64,000 bases of DNA from a virus (Duplodnaviria > Caudoviricetes): the IMG/VR virus record IMGVR_UViG_3300031364_000001, positions 1,007 through 65,006 of that record. One strand, given 5' to 3'. Shown here piece by piece: positions 49,027 through 57,944 of the stretch. Position 1 is the first letter of the stretch, and each line of letters begins with the position of its first letter. The notes under the pieces are model-generated. The model saw only the letters and a program-made list of their open reading frames with translations. It did no database searches and had not been told where the DNA came from. Made by a program: the position numbers and the translations under genes.

Positions 49027-49272
49027 CTACTCCATTTCATATTTTTCTAATTCTGATAAATTATTATTTATTTCTGATTCTAATTTTTCTAATTTTAATT
49101 TATCTTTTTCTATTACTTCATCAATTTCATCTACATTATTTATTTGAAATTCTGTTTTTAACTTTTCTAATAAACTTTCCTGCTTACCTTCAATTTGATT
49201 TTTTCTCTTTTCTGCTTCATTAATCTCATTTTCATAATTTTCAAGTTTACCTTGTAATTCATTTAGATTCAT
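49027..49272 (-). CDS. small coiled-coil protein
   Basis: Heptad-rich; lies between SbcD and the SbcC C-half. Confidence 0.6.
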   Translation of the reverse strand: MNLNELQGKLENYENEINEAEKRKNQIEGKQESLLEKLKTEFQINNVDEIDEVIEKDKLKLEKLESEINNNLSELEKYEME

Positions 49273-49452
49273 TATTTAACTCCTTATTTAATTTTTTAAT
49301 ACGATTCCTCAATTCTTTATCTGATTCCTCATAAAAACCTTCAAAACGATCCGATAAAGCCCTATTATATTTTTTATTTTGTTTTTTATATAATTTTCTA
49401 TACACACAACTCATTTCTGTATTTCTTTTTATTATTTCATCTAATACACTCA

Positions 49453-50349
49453 TTATAAAACCTCCTCAATTTCATTTATAATATCTTCACTAATATTATT
49501 TTCTTTACAATAATTTTTTAAATTCGATTCAAAACTAAAAGATACTTTTTTACCTTTACCTACCATATCTATGAAACTATCAATTCTACTTTCCCTTTTA
49601 ATTTGCTCTGTTAAATTTTCCTCTTTAAAAACGTTTTTATTTTGATCTGGTAATAATATTTTTTCATATTTTTTAGTTTCTGTATCAAATAGAATAATGG
49701 AAGGTTGATAATCCTTTTCATTTAAATTCTGTCTTGAAATACAACCCGTGTTAAATACAAATCTATTATCTTTTTTATATTCAAATGCTTTATGATTATC
49801 CCCTACTACAAATATATCATAATCATATTTTTCTAATAATAATTTTGCAGTTATCCCATCATTAATATATTCTGGTAAATCATCTTTTTCACAATATTTA
49901 TGAAATACACAAATATTAAACTTATTCTTATCTCGTATATCTTTTATTTCTTCATTGTAATCAAACATACTTAATACAATATTATCTTGTATCTCAAAAT
50001 AACTATTATACGGATTATAATTCCAATTAGGGAATTTTGATAAAACTGCGATACTATTTTCTTCAAATTTATCATAATTCCCATATAATAAATCATGATT
50101 ATTATTACCTCTTATAAAATAAATAATATTTTCTTTAAAAATATTATAATAAGTATTTTCTAAAAATATACTATTTACTGGTTTTGGTTTATAAAATAAA
50201 TCCGCAGCAATTATAATAGGACATTTATTTTGTGTTGCTACTTTTGATATAAATTTTAAAGTGTTTATTTGTACTTCTAAAAAGTCATCCATACGGTTGA
50301 TTGGTAAATCATATCTAAAATGTAAATCTGAACAAAACAATAATTTCAT
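49453..50349 (-). CDS. SbcD/Mre11-like metallophosphoesterase nuclease
   Basis: SDLH, ADLF, GNNNHD, GDNH, N.G. Confidence 0.88.
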   Translation of the reverse strand: MKLLFCSDLHFRYDLPINRMDDFLEVQINTLKFISKVATQNKCPIIIAADLFYKPKPVNSIFLENTYYNIFKENIIYFIRGNNNHDLLYGNYDKFEENSIAVLSKFPNWNYNPYNSYFEIQDNIVLSMFDYNEEIKDIRDKNKFNICVFHKYCEKDDLPEYINDGITAKLLLEKYDYDIFVVGDNHKAFEYKKDNRFVFNTGCISRQNLNEKDYQPSIILFDTETKKYEKILLPDQNKNVFKEENLTEQIKRESRIDSFIDMVGKGKKVSFSFESNLKNYCKENNISEDIINEIEEVL

Positions 50350-50490
50350 TTTAATTTACTCCAAAAATATAAAAATATAAAACATAATATAAAAAATATT
50401 ACCCATATATACCAATATTTTATAAAAAAATCCCATCTTAATATAAAAATTTTCCAACCTTCAATAAAAAATTTACTCATTTATTTATCC

Positions 50491-51534
50491 TTATAAAATT
50501 CTTTTACATACTGGACATTTAGAACCTTTGGGCAATAAATTACTTTTTAATTGTTCTATATTAAAAATTTTATTATTCAATTCTTTTACCTTAACTTTAT
50601 TATCCTTATAACTTTCTAAAGTATCTATTTTATCTGCTAAATTATTATAAGCACTTATTTTAACTTTTAGCTTTTTAATCAATTCTAATTTAATTTTATT
50701 ATCTTTATAACTTTCCAATTCCTGTATATTAATATTATAATTATTTTTTATACTATTTAACTGTATTATTTTATTATTTATTTCTTCAAAATTTAATTTT
50801 AATACTTTTAATTTCTTTAATATTACTTTTTGCTTTTCTATATTTTTATATAATTTTAATTGGTTTCTACAATTTTCAAGATCAGTAAAATATAATTTTA
50901 ATTGATTTATTTTATGATAAATATCTTCTTTTTCATCTTCTAATTTTTCACATTTAATTATTATAGCTTCTATTTCTTCTAAATTATTATATTTGTCTAA
51001 TTTAGTTTTTATATTATTTATATCTACTTCTAAATAATCAATATCATTTTTCTTTTTATTTACTTTACTTTTTATTTTTTTTACTGATTCATCAATAACT
51101 TCTAAATTTATTATTCTGTTTAATTTTCGTGCAACTTCTCCTGGACTATCTTGTAATAGAAAAAATTTATCAAACTGCATCTGTAAATTAAGTTCATTAA
51201 AATTTAAATTATTTATTTCTTCTGGAATAGATTGTCCGATTGATTTTAATTCTACATTATTTATTTCATAAGAATTTATTTTTCCATCAGCTGTTTTAAC
51301 TTTTTCAATTATATTATCATCTATTTCTAATTTTACTCTACATTCTTTTTCGTTATAAGTTATTATATCAATACCTTTTGGCTCATTATTAATAACAAAA
51401 TTTATCGCCTTTACAATACTTGACTTACCATTATTGGAACTTCCTGATATTATATTTATTCCATTAGTAAATTCTAATATAGAATTTTTATGGCTTTGAA
51501 AATTTTTTAACTCAATTTTTCGGATCATTTGCAA
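50491..51534 (-). CDS. SbcC/Rad50-like ATPase, N-terminal half
   Basis: L.NFQSH, Walker A GSSNNGKS, coiled coil, terminal CPVC Zn hook. Confidence 0.88.
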   Translation of the reverse strand: MQMIRKIELKNFQSHKNSILEFTNGINIISGSSNNGKSSIVKAINFVINNEPKGIDIITYNEKECRVKLEIDDNIIEKVKTADGKINSYEINNVELKSIGQSIPEEINNLNFNELNLQMQFDKFFLLQDSPGEVARKLNRIINLEVIDESVKKIKSKVNKKKNDIDYLEVDINNIKTKLDKYNNLEEIEAIIIKCEKLEDEKEDIYHKINQLKLYFTDLENCRNQLKLYKNIEKQKVILKKLKVLKLNFEEINNKIIQLNSIKNNYNINIQELESYKDNKIKLELIKKLKVKISAYNNLADKIDTLESYKDNKVKVKELNNKIFNIEQLKSNLLPKGSKCPVCKRIL

Positions 51535-51947
51535 ACTCTTTTATATATAAAAAATAAAAATTGAAATTCAATCATAACTACATCATTATAGTAATAAAAT
51601 AATGATTTATTATTTATACTAATAAAATCAATTAAAAAATATTTTCCCTTTATAGTAAAATCAATAGTAAATATTTTTAAAACAAACCTCATTTTTATCC
51701 TTCTCCTTCTAATAAACTAATAAATTCTTCTTTACATAAATTTTCATTAACTAATTCATAAATAAAATTTTCAGCCTCTCTTTCATTATCAAACTCAATT
51801 TTAATATCTTTACCTAATTTATTATACTTTATATTATTTATTTCTATTTTTTTAAATTCTCTATTTGGGTAATTAAAACATTCATAATTTTCTTTTTTAA
51901 CATTATCAATTGTTATTTTCATTTTTTAACCTCTCACTATATAATAA

Positions 51948-52328
51948 TTATTTTTTATATAACTTTTCTAATAAATTAAAAAAAACTTCGCTATCTAAAA
52001 TTACTACTGGTTTTTTAAAATCTTTACATTTCCAGAATAATAGAAAATTACGATTTTCTTTTGTGTTTGTTTTTGCTTGCTTTATCCAATTTTTAATACT
52101 AGGTTTTTCAACTGATTTACATTCGCAATCAAAAGGAAATATTTTATAAATTTCGCCTGTTAATATTATATCTGTTCCACTCAATCCGCAAGTTCTTGAT
52201 CTTACTTGACAATTATCATCCTGATTGTTAAATTCTATATCAAACAAATCACAAATTCTTTTTGCAATAAGTTTTTGTAAATATATACCTTTGTTTTTAG
52301 CTGATCTGATAGTTATTCTTTTTAACAT
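51948..52328 (-). CDS. Holliday junction resolvase-like PD-(D/E)xK nuclease
   Basis: SAKNKG..LQ, G.DI, ECK..E...W..QA..N. Confidence 0.75.
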   Translation of the reverse strand: MLKRITIRSAKNKGIYLQKLIAKRICDLFDIEFNNQDDNCQVRSRTCGLSGTDIILTGEIYKIFPFDCECKSVEKPSIKNWIKQAKTNTKENRNFLLFWKCKDFKKPVVILDSEVFFNLLEKLYKK

Positions 52329-53435
52329 TTAATATTTTCTCATCCTATTTTTTGTAGAAATTGTATCTCTTATTTTTAAAAATTTTTCTTCAACTTGATT
52401 TTCTAATAATTCTTTTAAATTATTTTGTTCAATATAAAAAACTAATTCTTCAACTGAAGAAAATTTTTCATTATTAAATTCTAATTTAGGTTTTTTATCT
52501 TCTTTTTTTTCTATTTCATCCTCATTTTCTCCATCTTCTTTTTTTTGCTTTTTAACTTTTTTCAATTTGCCTTGTGCATCTAATAAATCAAATAAATAAT
52601 AAATATTTGAAGTAATATTATCAATACCATAATCAAAAAGAATATCAATAAAACATTCAGTAAAAGGATAACCAACTTTATTTTTTTTAACCTGAACTTT
52701 AATACGAACTCCAATAACTATACCATTTTTAATTATTTTTTCACAAACTGCTAACCATATAATTTGAGCAGCATAAAAATCAAGAGCCTTGCCTCCCGAT
52801 CTTCTATATTTTTCTCCGAACATTACCCTTATATTTTCTCTTACCTGACTAATTATAAATAATGAAACATCTTTATTTCGCATTTCTTTTATAAAATCTT
52901 TAAAAAATTCACCTGACTTTTTTTGTTTAATCATTCCATAATCGCCTTTTTCTTTTTCGCCTTTTAATCTTAATTTCCTATTTGAATTTCTTTTTTCAAC
53001 TTCATCTAAACTTCCTATTGCATCAAAACTATCTAAAACATAAATTGCTTCTTGATTTTCTTTTACTTTTTTTATTTCTCTTTGAAAATTTAAATCAAAA
53101 TCTTCAATCGTAGAAGAATGAGAATAATTTTCATTATAAATTTCAATTCCATAAATAGCTTTTGTATTAAAATTAAATCCCGCCTCTGCATCATCATAAA
53201 TTATTTTTAAATCTTTATTTTTAATTTTATTACAAACTAAACTTTCAACTGTTAATAAAGTTTTTCCTGTAGATTTATCTCCTACTATATTAACCATTCT
53301 ACCTTTTGCATAACCACCACCTAAATTTAAATCTAAAATTTTACAACCAGAAGAAAAATAATCAATTATAGTTTTTTCTTTTTTCTTTTTAGGTTCATTT
53401 ATAGCATCATTTATAACTTCATCAACTTTGCTCAT
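52329..53435 (-). CDS. RecA/UvsX-like recombinase
   Basis: GDKSTGKT, VLDS, ISQVR, GGKALDFYA, KNKV. Confidence 0.9.
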   Translation of the reverse strand: MSKVDEVINDAINEPKKKKEKTIIDYFSSGCKILDLNLGGGYAKGRMVNIVGDKSTGKTLLTVESLVCNKIKNKDLKIIYDDAEAGFNFNTKAIYGIEIYNENYSHSSTIEDFDLNFQREIKKVKENQEAIYVLDSFDAIGSLDEVEKRNSNRKLRLKGEKEKGDYGMIKQKKSGEFFKDFIKEMRNKDVSLFIISQVRENIRVMFGEKYRRSGGKALDFYAAQIIWLAVCEKIIKNGIVIGVRIKVQVKKNKVGYPFTECFIDILFDYGIDNITSNIYYLFDLLDAQGKLKKVKKQKKEDGENEDEIEKKEDKKPKLEFNNEKFSSVEELVFYIEQNNLKELLENQVEEKFLKIRDTISTKNRMRKY

Positions 53436-53741
53436 TTATTTCTCCTTTTCTTTTAATATTTTATATAAAGGAATTAACATCAACTTAAATATATTTTCAT
53501 AACTTATTTTTAATTTCCAATTTTTTTGCTTCTTGTCTTCTTCTATCAACAAATTATATTTTCTTGCATATCTTATAAACTTATCATAAAAAACAAAATC
53601 CACTTCAAAAACATCTCTTATAAATTGCATAGCTTTTTTAATAGATATTTGTTCATCTTTATTTTTAATTTGGTATTTATCAATTATATCTTCTTTAAAA
53701 CCTTGTTGATTATAAATAGCTAATATATCTTTTATTTTCAT
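53436..53741 (-). CDS. hypothetical protein
   Basis: ORF with RBS between the ncRNA and the recombinase. Confidence 0.55.
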   Translation of the reverse strand: MKIKDILAIYNQQGFKEDIIDKYQIKNKDEQISIKKAMQFIRDVFEVDFVFYDKFIRYARKYNLLIEEDKKQKNWKLKISYENIFKLMLIPLYKILKEKEK

Positions 53742-53764
53742 TATTTAACCCCTTAAATAAAATA

Positions 53765-53906
53765 ATAGCTGCTATGGTAAGATTCGATTCTTACACGGCT
53801 AGCCCATTATAGCCTTCACTCGGCGAAGCCGTACTTGTCAAATGCCTTCAACTTTCCCTCGCCACTTCAAGTCATTGGCGTCTCTATTCCGCCACATAGC
53901 AACTAT
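53765..53906 (-). ncRNA. tRNA-scaffold RNA (copy 2)
   Basis: Same 5' and 3' arms as 10454-10567 (one G-U change in the terminal stem), with a different, GC-rich insert. Confidence 0.72.
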
Positions 53907-53915
53907 TATAATTAA

Positions 53916-54908
53916 TTATTTATTATTTTTATACATAGCTTTACAAGTCTCATAAACTTCTGGATGTTCATTTACACATTTATCACAATGCTCATATTCG
54001 TCCCAATCTTTTCCAAATTGAGTTCCGTAAGGACATTCATTTTCTACTGATTTTTTCTTCTTTTTAGCAGGTTCTTGAATTTCTTCTTTTAATTCTTCTT
54101 TTTCTACTACTTCTTTATAATAATCATTTTCTTTTACAAATTCTTTTAAATTACTAACAGATTCTGCATCCTCATTTTCATCATTATAAGTAATTCCTAA
54201 TAATGAATCTCTTATAGTTTCTTCATTTGGTATAATTAATAATTTCTCTAATGATACTAAATCTTTTACATTTTCTGGATTATACTTTTCAATAGCAGGA
54301 AAATCAAAGTTAATTAAATCAAAAAAGTTTTGCCCTTTTGGCACATAAGTAAATTCCAAACTTGTGCACCCTTCCTCATTTAAATAAACTGGAAATACAT
54401 CAACTCCCCTTGCTTCTTTTCTTTCTACTGCACTTTTCCAATTTTTTTCAAAAGACTTATAAGCAGAATCAAAAATATATTTTTTACCTTTATATAAAAT
54501 ATAATATAAAATTCTTTGCTTATATGCTAAATCTTTAATCTGTTCCCATACTTCATTATTTGCAAAACCCTTATTTTCTAATTCTTCTTTTTTTCTTCTA
54601 AACTCTTCACAAATAGGGCAAACCTCTCCATACATTTTTTCCATGCATAAATAACTACCTTTGTTTATTCCAACATAAGAATGAATAAAAATTTCTAAAT
54701 GATATGTTTTTTCTTGCTTACCAAAATCAGGATGTCTTTCAGTTTCAATAGTATAAGGCAAAATATCAAATAGATAATCCTTTTCTTCTTTTTCAAATTT
54801 AAATTTCTCTAAATTATACTTTTGCAAATCTAAATAATAATCATAATTTGAATTACTCTTATTATGCAAATTATTTGCTTCTTTTTTAAATTTTGATTTA
54901 AAACTCAT
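53916..54908 (-). CDS. gp32-like single-stranded DNA-binding protein
   Basis: DILPY, H..VG....YLC......CPICE, acidic tail, C-terminal Cys cluster. Confidence 0.65.
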   Translation of the reverse strand: MSFKSKFKKEANNLHNKSNSNYDYYLDLQKYNLEKFKFEKEEKDYLFDILPYTIETERHPDFGKQEKTYHLEIFIHSYVGINKGSYLCMEKMYGEVCPICEEFRRKKEELENKGFANNEVWEQIKDLAYKQRILYYILYKGKKYIFDSAYKSFEKNWKSAVERKEARGVDVFPVYLNEEGCTSLEFTYVPKGQNFFDLINFDFPAIEKYNPENVKDLVSLEKLLIIPNEETIRDSLLGITYNDENEDAESVSNLKEFVKENDYYKEVVEKEELKEEIQEPAKKKKKSVENECPYGTQFGKDWDEYEHCDKCVNEHPEVYETCKAMYKNNK

Positions 54909-55248
54909 TTTTTACTCCTTTTATTTAAATCTTTAAATTTTATATTACTAATTTCTTCAAAATATCCTTTATACCATGCTTTACTAATTATCCTAATTAA
55001 AGGGTAAGTTAAAACGAATATTAAAATACTTATAAATGCTATATTTATTATTTTATCTATCATTTTATAATTCCTCTATATCATCAATTTCAATTTCTAA
55101 ACCTTGAGTATCAAATGGATCTTCATTCACATTCATAAAAGGATCATCATCAAAAACTTCTTCTGCTTCCTCTCTGGTTTCTGCTTCTACTATTGTTTCA
55201 TACCATTCTTCAACGGTATGTTTAAAAGTAATTTTAAATTTTTTCATT

Positions 55249-55725
55249 TTATTCTCCTTTATTTAATTTATTATGTAATTTATCAGATGTTTTATTTTGT
55301 TTTATGCTAGATAAACCCATTTGAATTAATACTATTTTACTCTCGATCATATTTTTTCTTGCTTGCATATTTTTAATAACACCTTCCATAACATTATAAT
55401 CTTTATCTAAACTATTTTGTTCTTTAAGTTCTGCAAAATATTTTTCTTGTATTTTTTTATATTCAGGATTAGTCAATATCAAACTTTCATTTTCTTTTTC
55501 TGTTATTTTTTCCCCTGACTTTTTATTCTGAATATAAATTTTAGCATATTCTTCTTTTAATTCTGCTTCTGTAATTTTCACTTTTCTTTTTTGCTCATTT
55601 AATTGTTCTAATTTTTCAGCATATAATTCGTGATACCTCATACTTGTAACTGCATGAGTATCAACTATATTATCAATATTATTGCCGTCAATTTCTAAAT
55701 CTTGTAAATAATTTAAATCATTCAT
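55249..55725 (-). CDS. UvsY-like recombination mediator
   Basis: DLEID...; K.TE......I...PEY; RK.MIE. Confidence 0.6.
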   Translation of the reverse strand: MNDLNYLQDLEIDGNNIDNIVDTHAVTSMRYHELYAEKLEQLNEQKRKVKITEAELKEEYAKIYIQNKKSGEKITEKENESLILTNPEYKKIQEKYFAELKEQNSLDKDYNVMEGVIKNMQARKNMIESKIVLIQMGLSSIKQNKTSDKLHNKLNKGE

Positions 55726-55764
55726 TTATTTCTCCTTACTATATTATAATATTTTTTTATATAA

Positions 55765-57591
55765 TTAATTTCTAAAAACTGAAAATAATTGCATTATTAA
55801 TACTGGCATGTCATAAATTGGATTCTGCAATGCTTCTATTATCATTGCTGATTTTATATCCGGTTTATCTAACAACACCTTCCCAAAATAACTTATTACT
55901 ACTTTCCTAATTGATTCGGGATTTTGATTTTGTAATTGTTTTAAAATATTACTTACTTCATTCCAACTATTTGATTTTAATAATAACCTACATAAATCTA
56001 TTATAGTTTTATCTTCTTCAATACCTTTTCCAATTATTTCTAACTGTTTGCTTTCATCTTTAAATTGCAAAACAACTTCTAATAATGATAAACTATCTCT
56101 AATATGACCATCAACAGCATCACATATATTTCGTGCCACTGTCTTACTAATTTCATTATTTTCTTTTATTGAAATATCTATTAAATATGGGTAAAGATAT
56201 CTATTACTTATTTTCTCAAAAATTAACCTTTTACTACGTGAAATTATTGTTTTTACAATTTTGGATTCTTCAGTTGTAGTGAAAAAAAAGTAAGTATTTT
56301 TTGGAGGTTTTTGAAGGCAAGTCAAAAAGCCTTCCTGACTTAAAGTTGGCAATTGATGAGCTTCCTCTATTATATAACTTTTTGGATTATTATCTAAAGT
56401 TCTATATTGACAATTATCTATTATTTTTCTTATATTATCAATCCCCCTATCTGTTATACAATCTAATACTTGTATATTATCTTGACAGTTTAATTGTTTT
56501 GATATTAATTTTGCAGTTAATGACTTTCCACAATTTCCAGTAATAAAAATTCTAAAATTTCTACGTAAAATTAAATATGATGACGATACAGTAAAGCAAT
56601 ATTCAAAACCATCTTTTGTATTATATTCTAATATTTTTACATTTTTTGTAATACCCACAAAAGAATTATTAGAAATAATTAATATATAATTTATATTTTT
56701 ATTCCTTTTATCTTGCCTAACTGTAGTTCGATAACCACAAACAGCATAAGCATATTGTAAAAAATCTATATCTTCTTTATTATTAGAAGAAAATTTTTTA
56801 CCATTAAATTCAAAATCCCAATATTTTAACTCATCTAAAATAATATCTAATTGTATTTTAGAACATTTAAAATATTTTTTATCAAAGATTTTAGTTCTAA
56901 AAAACGGCACAAAAAAGAAAGCTGTATAACCATTATATTTTTTTTCATATTTTCTATATTTTAATCCTGATTGTTTTAATAATAATTCAGCTCTTTCTAT
57001 TTTTCTTTTCTTTTTTAAATTTATACAAACTTGCTGCCCTCTTTTTATAAAATATCCATCAACATTAACCATAACTTGTATTCTTAATAAGATATCTGAT
57101 ATTTCTAATTTACTTTTAATTTGATAATCAAAAGTTGTTTGAAATTTTCCAGTAAAACCCATAACTAATGATTCATGTTTATTTTTTATATTTTCAAATA
57201 AAGAAGTTTCATATCTTTGTGTTTTTTTATTTTTATATAAAACATTATGATTTAATGATAAACATTGATCTACTCCATATTTAGATTTTATATAAAATAA
57301 TTTATTTTGTTTATTTTTAATATAATTTAAAGGATAAACTAATTCAGCTTCTTTTTTTTGTAAATTATATTGCATTACCAAATCTGCTTTATCATATTCA
57401 GATATCTTTTTCCATTCAAAACCATTAAAAAATTCAGTATCACAATCTACACAACCTCTATCTCCTACAAATAAATAAGATTGCGGGATTTCTTTTTGAT
57501 TTAAAAAACCATTTAAAATAATTTTATTATTCTCATTTGCTAAAAGGTCATTTAAATTATTAGGTTCGTATTTGTTAAATAATGAACTCAA
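55765..57591 (-). CDS. DnaX-like clamp loader subunit containing an intein
   Basis: KY.P, LF.G.RG/CGKS, RGIDNIR, IIEEAH, TI.SR, G.IRD. Confidence 0.88.
   Translation of the reverse strand: MSSLFNKYEPNNLNDLLANENNKIILNGFLNQKEIPQSYLFVGDRGCVDCDTEFFNGFEWKKISEYDKADLVMQYNLQKKEAELVYPLNYIKNKQNKLFYIKSKYGVDQCLSLNHNVLYKNKKTQRYETSLFENIKNKHESLVMGFTGKFQTTFDYQIKSKLEISDILLRIQVMVNVDGYFIKRGQQVCINLKKKRKIERAELLLKQSGLKYRKYEKKYNGYTAFFFVPFFRTKIFDKKYFKCSKIQLDIILDELKYWDFEFNGKKFSSNNKEDIDFLQYAYAVCGYRTTVRQDKRNKNINYILIISNNSFVGITKNVKILEYNTKDGFEYCFTVSSSYLILRRNFRIFITGNCGKSLTAKLISKQLNCQDNIQVLDCITDRGIDNIRKIIDNCQYRTLDNNPKSYIIEEAHQLPTLSQEGFLTCLQKPPKNTYFFFTTTEESKIVKTIISRSKRLIFEKISNRYLYPYLIDISIKENNEISKTVARNICDAVDGHIRDSLSLLEVVLQFKDESKQLEIIGKGIEEDKTIIDLCRLLLKSNSWNEVSNILKQLQNQNPESIRKVVISYFGKVLLDKPDIKSAMIIEALQNPIYDMPVLIMQLFSVFRN
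56533..57453 (-). mobile_element. intein in the clamp loader Walker A motif
   Basis: Starts CVDCDTEF, ends YCF.V....L.LRR...IFITGN/C; degenerate LAGLIDADG region. Confidence 0.85.
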
Positions 57592-57944
57592 TTTTTAACT
57601 CCTTTAATTTTAATTCTTTTTCATACCAAAATACTTGTTCAATAGATAGCCTTATATATTTTGGCATATAAGGAATAATATATTTTTTATAAAATAATTC
57701 TTTTGCTTCTTCCCTTGAAAATCCTTGTTTTATACAAAAATTAATATATTTCTCTTTTTTTCGTATTCTATATATTTCTTCTTCATCATAACCATTTATT
57801 GATAAGTAAGTACCAATTTTATCTGTTAATTTACTTTTTACACAAACTCCATAACTATAAACTTTTGAATAATTTATTATAATTTCCATAGCATCTTTTA
57901 ATTTATTCTCTTTAATATAATCTTTTAAATCTTTTATATTCATT

